DNA of 63,372 nucleotides, counting the filler, from Octopus bimaculoides (lineage: Eukaryota): the NCBI RefSeq assembly GCF_001194135.2. It is 10 parts of 9 records of this genome, joined end to end, with 100 filler letters (N's around TTAATTAATTAA, not from the genome) between each part and the next. Parts side by side here need not be neighbours in the genome. Positions count along the whole stretch, not along the records: positions 39,741 to 55,132 come from NC_068995.1; positions 55,233 to 60,916 come from NC_068997.1; positions 61,017 to 63,372 come from NW_026318061.1; 7 more parts are not named here. One strand, 5' to 3'. Position numbers and translations under genes: made by a program. The notes under the pieces are model-generated. The model saw only the letters and a program-made list of their open reading frames with translations, searched no databases and had not been told where the DNA came from. How positions within the stretch are numbered: position 1 is the first letter of the stretch; each line of letters begins with the position of its first letter. Shown piece after piece: positions 51,736 through 63,372 of this stretch.

Positions 51736-53224
51736 CTGTATGTATGCATGTATGTATGTATGTATGTATGTATGCATGTATGCATGCATGTATGCATATA
51801 TGTATATATGAATGACTGACTGAATGAATGAATGTATTTATATAAGTATGTATATATGTATAGTGAGATTCTTTACATTGGCCATTTCTTCAACAAACGA
51901 GAAGAGGAAGTAGTTGGATGTAGCTTCCACATATTAACCTATTTAGATTTCAAACAAATAAAAGTATCGATTATAAATCTCCTTTAAATATGTCGAATGA
52001 CACATCAAAGACTCTTCAACATTATTAATGTAATGAATTTTTAATAGCAATTGTTAACAGAAATTTTGTTTAAAACGAGTTATTAAAATGATTTTTAGAA
52101 AAGTGATTATTTTGTTGTATATAGATTATTGTTATACTCTTTTTTATATAAATGCTTTACTATCTTTATCATCCATGCTTTGACAAATAAACTGAAATTT
52201 TCCAATAATTAGGTACATCTCGTACAATGCTAAAAATAGTGCATGCCCTAACAATGATTACAGATTCTATTTCCAGTAATATCAGTAACTGTCCTAAGAT
52301 GTAATATTTCAGTAAGTTTAAATTTCAATTGTAGGGTCTAAATTATGATTTTAGAAAAATTAACCGCTATTATGTTTTGCAATTTCATACCTGTATCAAT
52401 CCAATACTTTAGCTTTTCAGATTGATTCTGCACAGGATTATAACCATTGTAATTTGTACGGTGTGCATGAGTACAATATCGTCGACATTTTCTAAGAAAA
52501 TATTTTCTGTTTCATGTCCTACGAATATAGTAGAGCATCTTCGATTACTGTGAGCGACTGAGCGATAGAAAAGCGACTTGCTGTCGATATGATGTCATTG
52601 AGAACATTCTTTCAGAAAATACACTACACAGATGTCATTCATCATCAGTATTGCAGGAATTACGATTAACTATTCCAACCTACTTTGGTATGTGAAAGCA
52701 TACAGCTGCCTCACAAATTTTGTTGTTTATTTTATCATATTGAGGTTGAATCTTTTGATCCAAGCCAGATAGCATTTGTGTTATTTGTTTAGGTTTTACA
52801 CATTTCTGTTGTATACTTGAAATATATTTTTCCATAGATTCTCATCGAATATCACTGTTTCAGCGACACTTCTGTTTTTCATGATATAATCTTCTTACAC
52901 ATTATACGTCATTCAAATCGTATTCGACATCAGATATCACTTCTCAATAGTTTGCCAAGTATATACATTCTAAACTATGCCAGTTCTGGTTAGCCATTGA
53001 CTCTTGATATCCCTCCTTGTGAATTCCCTCTCTCCTAGAATGGTATAGCTCAGAGTACTTTTATGGGGTGAAGAAAACAGCTGTTTACTTCCAAACAAAT
53101 GCTAGGAATATTTCCAAACATAGTTATAGTGTCTTCTATACTGTATACATATGTTGTTCCAAGACCAACAACTTTATTTTCTAGATCTTTAGGTATAAAT
53201 TTGTAGCATACAAAATATTATGTA

Positions 53225-54240
53225 TTCTTTTTCTTCCAAGAATCGTAAACATAGCGGTTCTGTTGACGTTGTCAATTGCTTTACGAAAGTCTATGAACAG
53301 TGCAACCGTTGGGAGACACCACTCAAAGCAAGTCTCCAGTACCGTCTTCACTGTGATTTTTTTTCAATTCAACTACAGTTCTGTCTAAAGCCACACTGGT
53401 AGACACTTATATCCTTATCTATCTTTGCACGTATGTGATTTAACAGAAGAGCTTTGTTCCATGAATCATGAGACTTATTCCCCGATAGCGAGACATTTGT
53501 CGCAGATCACCTTTCATTCATAAGTGGTGCTATGTTTGATAACCTCCATTCACTGGGTGCAACACTTGTCAGAAGAATCTTATTGCATATGTCAATGAAT
53601 GCTGATTGAGGTGCTCCTCCTCCATACTTGAGCATATGTCCTTGTTAATGGAAAACAGTCCCCTGACTTCACAACTTGGTGTGGGATTCTGCAAGTTGAT
53701 ACCTTAGCACCTTATCTGTTTTTGGTGGTTATGATCATGTGATGAAATCTGCGACCTGTATGCAAGAGGGAATTCTTATATTGACTTGTCTTTCATTTGC
53801 AGATGACATTGTTCTCTGTACTCTTATCATCATAGAAGCACTAGATCGTGTCATGCGAGAACCTGAGACAGTGGGGCTAGAAATAAACGAACTGAAGACA
53901 GAGAACATCACCATTAATATGAACACACACAAAAAACAGGCGTCCTAGCAAGTGGAAAGTAGTTATCAAGGGATGACAAATCCAGTTTCGTTGGATCAAC
54001 TGTAACTGGTTTCTCTTACAACTCAAGTAGTGACGTCATAGACAGAAGGAGAGCGGCATGTGGGGCAATGTCGCAGCGTCAACACCTCTGGTCATCTGGC
54101 ATGAAGCCAACAACGAAGATAGTGATGTACACAACTCTATGTCTTCCGACTTTTACATATGGATGCGAGACATGTGTAATGAATACATGATGGAAAGTTT
54201 TAATAAACTATATCTGAAGTAAGCACGAATCATACTGGGA
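53225..54240. mobile_element. RTE-clade LINE fragment with inverted 5' part
   Basis: Minus strand 53225-53635: MLKYGGG..KGDLRQMSRYRGISLM..QCGFR..LFIDFRKAIDNVNR. Plus strand 53637-54240: VNGK..GILQVDTLAPYLF..FADDIVL..GLEINELKT..TK..Y..PTFTYGCET. Confidence 0.85.
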
Positions 54241-54986
54241 TCTGTATTTTTAAAAAAGAGAGTCTCTTTACTAATTCGTTGGCTACAGGTTGTATCGTCC
54301 CTGAATTAGTAAAGGGGAAAAAATTCTGAAGCTTGGATTTTTCTTATTGGTGCAAATCTCGATGTGTTGGCTGAATGCTATTTTTCTGTTTTGGGGAATT
54401 TTGATCTGGGATTTGTGCAGAGCCATCCTTTTACGGAGACTGTTTTTTGTTTGACCTATGTATTATTCTTGACTACTAAAGCAGGTTAGTGCGTATATCA
54501 GGTTCTCCGAAGCACAATAAACACTCTCTTTATTACAAAATACAAACCCCTTTTGAACGCTTCTACAACAAACGACATATCCACCACGGCTTGAGAATAA
54601 CACAAACACACGCGCAAATATCAAAAATGATACACTGAAGAGATTCTCAAGAATTCATTAAACAAACAGTCCGAATCACTGTTATAATCCATAACGAGCC
54701 ACTTTTAAGTCACTTCACCATTTAACACCCTACTACTATCATACCACCTACATTCCTTTCTTATTCTCCCTTCTCTTTCTCCGCTTTCTGATTTGTCTTC
54801 TTCCTCTCCGCCACCTCCTTCTTAACTTTACCACTATTGCTGTTTAGAATAACACCTACGCAAAGATTATAAACAATGCATTCAAAAGGGATGCCTCAAC
54901 AATTTAATCACTACTACCACTCAAAACAAGTCACTTTCAGGACACTTCACCATTTAGCATGCTACTACTGTCATGGCATTCCCGCA

Positions 54987-55131
54987 TTCTTCTTCTTCTT
55001 CTTCTTCTTCTTCTTCTTCTTTTTCTTCTTCTTCTTCTTCTTCTTCTTCTTCTTCTTCTTCTACTTCTTCTTCTTCTTCTTCTTCTTTTTCTTCTTCTTC
55101 TTCTTCTTCTTCTTCTTCTTCTTCTTCTTCT
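54987..55131. repeat. (TTC)n microsatellite (representative; many more (AAT)n, (TAGA)n, (TACA)n, (TG)n, (TA)n and (TTG)n tracts throughout, e.g. 13476-13561, 38855-38970, 62668-62885)
   Basis: Direct inspection. Confidence 0.95.
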
Positions 55132-55232
55132 TNNNNNNNNNNNNNNNNNNNNNNNNNNNNNNNNNNNNNNNNNNNNTTAATTAATTAANNNNNNNNNNNN
55201 NNNNNNNNNNNNNNNNNNNNNNNNNNNNNNNN

Positions 55233-55267
<35 letters not shown>

Positions 55268-55805
55268 TATACATATATATATATGCATATACATAAGCAA
55301 GAACAAGAGAAAGTCACTGCGAGAGGGTCAATTTTAGAGTTATCATAGTACAACATTTGAAAGGAAAAGGAAAGGGTTTTTATACGTATATATACATCTA
55401 CATACAGCTCTATATACATACATACATACACATATACATGCATATATAAACATACATGTGCATGTAAACATACATGCACACATATACATACGTGCGTTTC
55501 AATATGTATTTATTTTCTATCCGAGAGTGGTACACAGCTGTAAAATAACTAATGAATAAAAACGGAGCGAAACATTTTGTGTGTGGAAATGCAAAAGAAA
55601 TTAACCATTCTGTCGGTTTCTGCGGAGGATGTTGCAGGATATTACAATGGGATCTTCTAATGAAGTATTTGGCTGTTAAACAGTACATTATACTTTGCAA
55701 TGCTATCCGCAGGAAAGACTATATAGACACAACCCCCCCCCCCTTCAAACACACACATACACACGTGCGCACACACACATATACGCGTACACACACACAC
55801 ACACA

Positions 55806-55845
<40 letters not shown>

Positions 55846-56668
55846 GATACATATATTTTAGGAAGTTAAAAGTTATGACCAGTCATAGAGTGACCATTGG
55901 CTTCGCACCTATAAAGCGCTTAGCAGAATTGACGACTCGTTCGATTCAGTCTTTAACTTTCTATAAAATATATTACTGCTTTAGAGCATGCTTCTTTCTC
56001 GGNNNNNNNNNNNNNNNNNNNNNNNNNNNNNNNNNNNNNNNNNNNNNNNNNNNNNNNNNNNNNNNNNNNNNNNNNNNNNNNNNNNNNNNNNNNNNNNNNN
56101 NNNNNNNNNNNNNNNNNNNNNNNNNNNNNNNNNNNNNNNNNNNNNNNNNNNNNNNNNNNNNNNNNNNNNNNNNNNNNNNNNNNNNNNNNNNNNNNNNNNN
56201 NNNNNNNNNNNNNNNNNNNNNNNNNATATATGTATATTATGTGTATATATATATATATATAAATTTCCAATTTTTATGCATGAAAAATGAGGGCTTTCTG
56301 TCAAAACAATGACCAGGTAATGCTCATACTGGCGAATATATTCTGTAAACGAGACAGTAAATGTATGCAAGGCTTTCTTAAAATTCAACATGTATATCTC
56401 GGCCGTTGCTGTTCCTATAAGTTCTGACTGGGGCTCGTTTATCTGTTTGGAACATATTCGATTTTTATTGGAAAAATTCAAATAATTATAAAGGTAAGAT
56501 AGCATACTTACGTACGTACAAACAAACAAACAAACAAACAAACAAGCAAGCAAACAAACATACATACATACATACATACATACATACATACATACATTCA
56601 TACATACACACATACATACACACATACATACATAAACACATACATGCATAAATAAATGTTTAAAATGT

Positions 56669-57616
56669 TTAAGATTCCTTTTCTCGAGGAGTTAACTCGA
56701 TATCATCTTTTGTATCTTCTTGTTTCGCATTTCCTTTCGTCATTTTTTTCCATATACTCTGCCGTATTGAGGAATCACAGAGCCAGAAAAACGGTAACAA
56801 TACACTGGCTATCATGTATATAAAGTCAACAAGGTTGTACAAATTCATCAGTTGTGAGTGAATATACACAAACATAACAATAGATGCTGATATGGAAATC
56901 ACGTCAAGAACTGTCAGGAACAAAGCTATGATTGTTTGGGCTGCCAGAGTGTTGAAAGTCAGCATTAAGGGTTCTTCTCGTTTAGCCGCTATATATAGCT
57001 GGAGAATGACACAGATGATCAGTAAACAGTCAAAGAATAGAGCAAACCCGAGCTGGTACCATATAAGGGAGACATGAATGTAAAGAAGGCAGAAATTTAA
57101 ATCTTTTTCTGACGTTCCTGAGTAGATGGAAATTGTTTGGGTGAAGAGGATACCCCAAAGAACAGCAAGAAAAATTGCCTGAAAGGTGAGAAATTTTTGC
57201 TTCTCATGTAGTTTCGGCTTAAAATATTGCACTATAACATCAATACAGATCGGAAGTATGAAACAGCGTGTTCCATCTTTAAACACGGTATACATGGTAT
57301 GGATGAAAACGCAGCTACTATGCGACATCTTTTCATGGATGTGAATATGAACATTGTAAAAATAATAGAACAATCCAAAGAAGGTGTAGTTAAGTAAATA
57401 ATTCAGCAGTGGTAATGAATAGCATTTCCTGTAAGTTTTTTTGTCTTGGTTTACGACACACAAGAGAAATCCGTTATAAAGGAACATAATAGTTGCACAA
57501 ACACAAGCAACCGCGTCCTTCCAAAAATATGATATTTCCTGTAATTCGACTTCAGTAAAATTCATACTAATGTTACTAAAGTTTCCATAATCAAAAACAA
57601 ATGACAGGTTTTCCAT
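56669..57616 (-). CDS. Intronless divergent rhodopsin-like (class A) 7TM receptor, 315 aa; candidate chemosensory/orphan GPCR
   Basis: Intact 948-nt ORF from ATG 57616. Four N-terminal N-glycosylation sequons (NLS, NFS, NIS, NFT) and seven hydrophobic segments. TM1 Asn (LYNG); TM3 Cys exactly 24 residues before Asp (C3.25/D3.49 spacing, but DVI instead of DRY); TM4 Trp; ECL2 Cys (NFCLL); TM7 Pro (SVLLPFFW) then a helix-8-like DSSIR. Downstream AATAAA at 56464-56469. Confidence 0.8.
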   Translation of the reverse strand: MENLSFVFDYGNFSNISMNFTEVELQEISYFWKDAVACVCATIMFLYNGFLLCVVNQDKKTYRKCYSLPLLNYLLNYTFFGLFYYFYNVHIHIHEKMSHSSCVFIHTMYTVFKDGTRCFILPICIDVIVQYFKPKLHEKQKFLTFQAIFLAVLWGILFTQTISIYSGTSEKDLNFCLLYIHVSLIWYQLGFALFFDCLLIICVILQLYIAAKREEPLMLTFNTLAAQTIIALFLTVLDVISISASIVMFVYIHSQLMNLYNLVDFIYMIASVLLPFFWLCDSSIRQSIWKKMTKGNAKQEDTKDDIELTPREKES

Positions 57617-58159
57617 TTTGTTAATTCTTTTACTAAATAAAACAAACAATTACAAAAAACGTGCTTACCGAAGGACAGTTTTCAGGCCTGTAAGAAAAAT
57701 AAATATTTGTCAAATAAGATTTCTTAAAACCATTGAAATATCATCTAGATAATAACAAGACAATCAACAAAATGTGCAGTAGCTCTTTCCATATGTTACC
57801 ACTCGATTAATAGACACTTTGAGGTCAACATGAACATCAATACGATTGTTTTGAACCTGCAAAATGGACATCTTCTTTAGCGTCTTCAGTTTCTTGAAAT
57901 ATATTCTGTTTTATGTGATTAATCACTCATTACACATACCGGTTTGGAGTTAAATATTCTTAAATATGTAAACTGCAATTGTAAGATTTCTTCTGGCTCC
58001 AGGTTAAACATCTTTTTGGAGGTATGTTAAGTTAGTATTAACATATTTAAATACAGGATGCTTCAGAAGAACTAAAATACGCTGTTAGAACATAAAAACG
58101 TTATTAACTAATGATTCAAACTTGAAATGTAAAAGGTACTTAACTACAAATTGCAGGAT

Positions 58160-58207
58160 ATGTAATTGTGAGTGGATTTGGTATATGGAAACTGGAAGAA
58201 GCTCGTC

Positions 58208-58251
<44 letters not shown>

Positions 58252-58290
58252 NNNNNNNNNNNNNNNNNNNNNNNNNNNNNNNNNNNNNNN

Positions 58291-58335
<45 letters not shown>

Positions 58336-58545
58336 CGCGTGTCTTTGTCCTCCGCAACATCGTTTTCCAACGGATGCTGGTGTGTTTATGTCCCCGAAAT
58401 TTGCGGTTCGGTAAAAGAGACCGATACAATAAGTACTGGGCTTACAAAGAATAAGTCCTCGGGTCGATTTGCTCGACTAAAGGCGGTACTACAGCATGGC
58501 CGCAGTCAAATGACTGAAACAAGTAAAATAATAAAAGGATAAAAG
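58160..58545 (+). mobile_element. Bipartite SINE family C with internal (TA)n/(TG)n
   Basis: Head remnant, microsatellite and gap, then the 3' module. Confidence 0.8.
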
Positions 58546-58609
58546 AATATATATTCTATATTGATATACTATATAGATATACTATATATATATATATGTA
58601 TATATCATA

Positions 58610-58915
58610 TGTTCTTCCCTCTGGCGACTCCTTACTGTCATCCAACAACCCTAGGGACCTTGGAGTAATTGTTCATAACAATCTAAGCTGGAGTTCCCAC
58701 GTAAACAGCAAGGTTCCCTTGGCCTGCAGGATGTGCTCCTGGATTCTGAGAACTTTCCGCTCTATAGATACCCACACCATTATCCTTCTCTACTCTAGTT
58801 TTGCCCGACCCCAGCTTGAGTACTGTTGCCCACTGTGGTCCCCCCCCCCATACGAAGCAACTCATTATGAAAGTGGAAGCACTCAAGAGGTCAATAACAA
58901 GAAAGATAGACGGCA
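58610..58915 (+). mobile_element. CR1/L2-type LINE RT C-terminal fragment
   Basis: RDLGVIVHNNLSWSSHV..ILRTF..LLYSSFARPQLEYCCPLWSP. Confidence 0.85.
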
Positions 58916-59014
58916 TACTATATATATATATGTATGTGTGTGTGTATTATATATATATTATATATATACATATATATTACATATGTATTATATACTCTCT
59001 TATTTACATGTTTC

Positions 59015-59240
59015 AGTAATTTGACTGCGGCCATGCTGGAGCACCGCTTTTAGTCGAGCAAATCGACCCCAGGACTTATTCTTTGTAAGGCTAATACTTA
59101 TTCTATCGGTCTCTTTTGCCGAATCGCTGGTTTACGGGGACGTAGACACACCACCATCGGTTGTCAAGCGATGTTGGGGGGACAAACACAGACACACAAA
59201 CATATACACACACATATACATATACATATATACGACGGGT
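59015..59240 (-). mobile_element. SINE family C 3' module
   Basis: Reverse complement of the family C 3' module, followed by (CA)/(TA) and ATACGACGGG. Confidence 0.85.
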
Positions 59241-60807
59241 TTCTCTGGGCAGAGCACACATGTGTACTCATCTATCTATGCTTTTGTATCCATAGATATC
59301 TACGTATGGTTATGTACACAGGCACAGACGTGTGTATTGGAGTGTTTAAAACTGCTTATATGGTCTTATATACTGTTTGTAGGCTTTTTATGTGCCTTAT
59401 ATTTTNNNNNNNNNNNNNNNNNNNNNNNNNNNNNNNNNNNNNNNNNNNNNNNNNNNNNNNNNNNNNNNNNNNNNNNNNNNNNNNNNNNNNNNNNNNNNNN
59501 NNNNNNNNNNNNNNNNNNNNNNNNNNNNNNNNNNNNNNNNNNNNNNNNNNNNNNNNNNNNNNNNNNNNNNNNNNNNNNNNNNNNNNNNNNNNNNNNNNNN
59601 NNNNNNNNNNNNNNNNNNNNNNNNNNNNNNNNNNNNNNNNNNNNNNNNNNNNATATTTGTAACCTTAATTGTTAATATGACATGGTATGTCATAAGCATC
59701 TGTATATTGTAGTTTTTGTCATTTTAGTTATAAAATAAACAAATTAATCAACGAATACACTGTCTGCAAGTCGATGGATACTGCATATTCTCCTCCATTT
59801 TCTTATTGCTATATAAATTTAGGGTAAAATAGCCCCCTTTTACCCGCACCCATTTATTGCACTTGGTATAACACTAGTGTAACAATAATTGGGTACCCTC
59901 CCAGCAGTATATTGGATAGATACTATCCCTTAGTGGGTTGAAGCCTCAATCCCTAACTCACTTGCATTATATATATATATATGCAAAATGGGACAAGAAC
60001 GCAAAGTATCCAGACAGTTAGGTGATATAAAAAAGGGACGACAAAACATCCAGATAGACGATACAAAGAAAACAAGGACGGGTAATTCGGAATTTTCTTT
60101 CCTCAGTCGAGTTCCAGATTATCTTTGCAATTTCGTCTGGTTACACTCGAAATTGCTCCAATCTGGCCAGCCCCAAATATATATTAATAATTACAGGTAC
60201 AAGCAAGCCGTACCAGCATGCTGACATAGCAGTCAAACTGACCAAACCACAAGTTATCACTAAACACAAAGGTGAAATCGGGTAAATGAATAAAGACCGT
60301 AAGAGCCATATTCTAATAACGAAACAAATCGAAAACAGAAAGCCAGATATGTCTGGCTTTCATTTTACGATTATTTTCGCTTATCCGGGTTCCCAAAAAT
60401 GTGAATGCTTTCGTTGGTATAAAGGGAAAGATTCTGCGATAGCGTTAAGTATCTCTTGCATTTTCTATCTCTGTTCACCACCTATGGTGTTATGGAATAA
60501 TTTTTGTGACTGACATTTTCGATCAGAAAAGGTTACTAGTCTCTAGCTCTTAATCCTCCTCCATTCCATGGAGGCAAGGTCCCAACCACGCCCCTGACAG
60601 AGGTTGCCAAGATTCTTTCACACTGCAGTGTAGCTGAATCTGAGGGTGAGGGAGGGGTGGAACGAGAGAGATAAGCGGGAGGGAAAAGAGGAAAGAGAAT
60701 AGAGTATGGCATTCGAATGAACTTTATTTATTCAACCCAAAAGGAAGTAGAAAATGTTGGCTTTCGTGGAAGTGGGATTGAAACACAGAGTACCGCCTTA
60801 TATATCA

Positions 60808-60901
<94 letters not shown>

Positions 60902-61185
60902 GTATATATATGTATANNNNNNNNNNNNNNNNNNNNNNNNNNNNNNNNNNNNNNNNNNNNTTAATTAATTAANNNNNNNNNNNNNNNNNNNNNNNNNNNN
61001 NNNNNNNNNNNNNNNNATACATACATACAAATATATGTATATGTCTCTATGTATATATGTATGCATTTCCACCTGTATATATGTATGCATTAAACACACA
61101 CACACACACATGTATATGCAGATATAGATATAGATAGATAGACAGATAAATTGATAGATAGATAGATAGATAGATAGAAATGTAA

Positions 61186-61217
<32 letters not shown>

Positions 61218-62317
61218 ATCTGTCTGTATGTATGTATATATGTATGTATGTGCGTATGTGTGTATGTTTGTATATATATATATGAATCTGTACGTATTTA
61301 TAGTTAGCGCATATACAACTTACTCAAGACCTCGAAAAGTTCGTATGATACTATTCACCGTCTCACTCTAGTAATACTAGCATAATATAAGCACAAAGAA
61401 ATATATATATATATATATATATATANNNNNNNNNNNNNNNNNNNNNNNNNNNNNNNNNNNNNNNNNNNNNNNNNNNNNNNNNNNNNNNNNNNNNNNNNNN
61501 NNNNNNNNNNNNNNNNNNNNNNNNNNNNNNNNNNNNNNNNNNNNNNNNNNNNNNNNNNNNNNNNNNNNNNNNNNNNNNNNNNNNNNNNNNNNNNNNNNNN
61601 NNNNNNNNNNNNNNNNNNNNNNNNNNNNNNNNNNNNNNNNNNNNNNNNNNNNNNNNNNNNNNNNNNNNNNNNNNNNNNNNNNNNNNNNNNNNNNNNNNNN
61701 NNNNNNNNNNNNNNNNNNNNNNNNNNNNNNNNNNNNNNNNNNNNNNNNNNNNNNNNNNNNNNNNNNNNNNNNNNNNNNNNNNNNNNNNNNNNNNNNNNNN
61801 NNNNNNNNNNNNNNNNNNNNNNNNNNNNNNNNNNNNNNNNNNNNNNNNNNNNNNNNNNNNNNNNNNNNNNNNNNNNNNNNNNNNNNNNNNNNNNNNNNNN
61901 NNNNNNNNNNNNNNNNNNNNNNNNNNNNNNNNNNNNNNNNNNNNNNNNNNNNNNNNNNNNNNNNNNNNNNNNNNNNNNNNNNNNNNNNNNNNNNNNNNNN
62001 NNNNNNNNNNNNNNNNNNNNNNNNNNNNNNNNNNNNNNNNNNNNNNNNNNNNNNNNNNNNNNNNNNNNNNNNNNNNNNNNNNNNNNNNNNNNNNNNNNNN
62101 NNNNNNNNNNNNNNNNNNNNNNNNNNNNNNNNNNNNNNNNNNNNNNNNNNNNNNNNNNNNNNNNNNNNNNNNNNNNNNNNNNNNNNNNNNNNNNNNNNNN
62201 NNNNNNNNNNNNNNNNNNNNNNNNNNNNNNNNNNNNNNNNNNNNNNNNNNNNNNNNNNNNNNNNNNNNNNNNNNNNNNNNNNNNNNNNNNNNNNNNNNNN
62301 NNNNNNNNNNNNNNNNN

Positions 62318-62355
62318 AGACGGAAACTGAAAGAAGCCCGTCGTATATATGTATA

Positions 62356-62425
<70 letters not shown>

Positions 62426-62625
62426 TGTGTCTGTGTTTGTCCCCCCAACATCGCTTGACAACCGATGCTGGTGTGTTTAAGTCCACGTAACTTAGCGGTT
62501 CGGCAAAACGGAACGATGAAATAAGTATTAGGCTTACAAAGAATAAGTCCTGGGGTCGATTTGCTCGGCTAAAGGCGGTGCTCCAGCATGGCCGCAGAAA
62601 AGGATTGAAACAAATAAAAGAATAT
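62318..62625 (+). mobile_element. Bipartite SINE family C with internal (TA)n(TG)n
   Basis: GACGGAAACTGAAAGAAGCCCGTCG, microsatellite, then GTCCCCCCAACATCGC..CAGCATGGCCGCAG. Confidence 0.85.
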
Positions 62626-62669
62626 GTACACATACACACGCCCACGGACACACACAGATAAAATGATAA

Positions 62670-62713
<44 letters not shown>

Positions 62714-62736
62714 GTAGATAGATAGATAGATAGACT

Positions 62737-62777
<41 letters not shown>

Positions 62778-62778
62778 G

Positions 62779-62822
<44 letters not shown>

Positions 62823-62824
62823 CT

Positions 62825-62884
<60 letters not shown>

Positions 62885-63372
62885 TAAACAATTACTGGTA
62901 TATTTATGGGTGGCTTTATGTGAGTGTTTGTGTGTTTGTGTATATAGCTATTTACCTATCTAACTATACATATATAGAAATATGTGCGTGTATGAATGTG
63001 TGTGTGTGTGAGTGTGTACAAGAGTGTGTGTGAGTATACACACTAACAAGTACACACGCATTCTTCGGTGGAGCATTATATATTTGGTGGTGGTGATGGT
63101 GGTGGTGGTGGTGGTGGTTGTGGGGTTGGAGCCACCCCAACGAACATTGCTATCTCCACCACAGATGGGGAGGCAGCGAAGGGAGGTAGGCGGGACAGAC
63201 AGACAGACAGACAACCCTCTTGTTATCTCTTCTCAGCTGTAAAGAGGCCGCTTGTAATCCAGGCCGTCGCCACAACTATCTTACTGCGGTTAAGAAGGGA
63301 GATCGATTTGAAGACATTTCAGCAATTATTTATCTCTCATCAGAGATTGATTACTCGTTCGCGTCTACACAG

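Noticed and set aside
63310-63345. Minus-strand CTGATGA..GAAATGTC
   Set aside because: Stem II has only 2 bp and stem I does not pair.

Overview
AT-rich, microsatellite-dense, gappy animal genomic DNA, most likely an octopus (inferred from the SINE families, the repeat landscape and the assembly style; not proven). There are no prokaryotic features, CRISPR arrays or rRNA. One convincing host gene is present: an intronless, highly divergent rhodopsin-type 7TM receptor ORF (56669-57616, minus strand). The rest is a mobile-element graveyard: a near-complete decayed Penelope-like element (RT + GIY-YIG), CRE, R4/Dong, Tx1/L1, RTE and CR1/L2-type LINE fragments, maT (DD37D) and mariner relics, fold-back MITEs and about 25 tRNA-derived SINE copies. 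The most striking signal, invisible in the ORF track, is a set of minimal type I hammerhead ribozyme motifs from several sequence families: 4 well-formed, 1 cut by a gap and several relics. They are linked to Penelope pseudo-LTRs, and one sits behind a Pol III B-box and an (AAT)n tract. This suggests a Penelope/ribozyme non-autonomous retroelement system. All protein-family calls come from motif recognition by eye; no database search was run.
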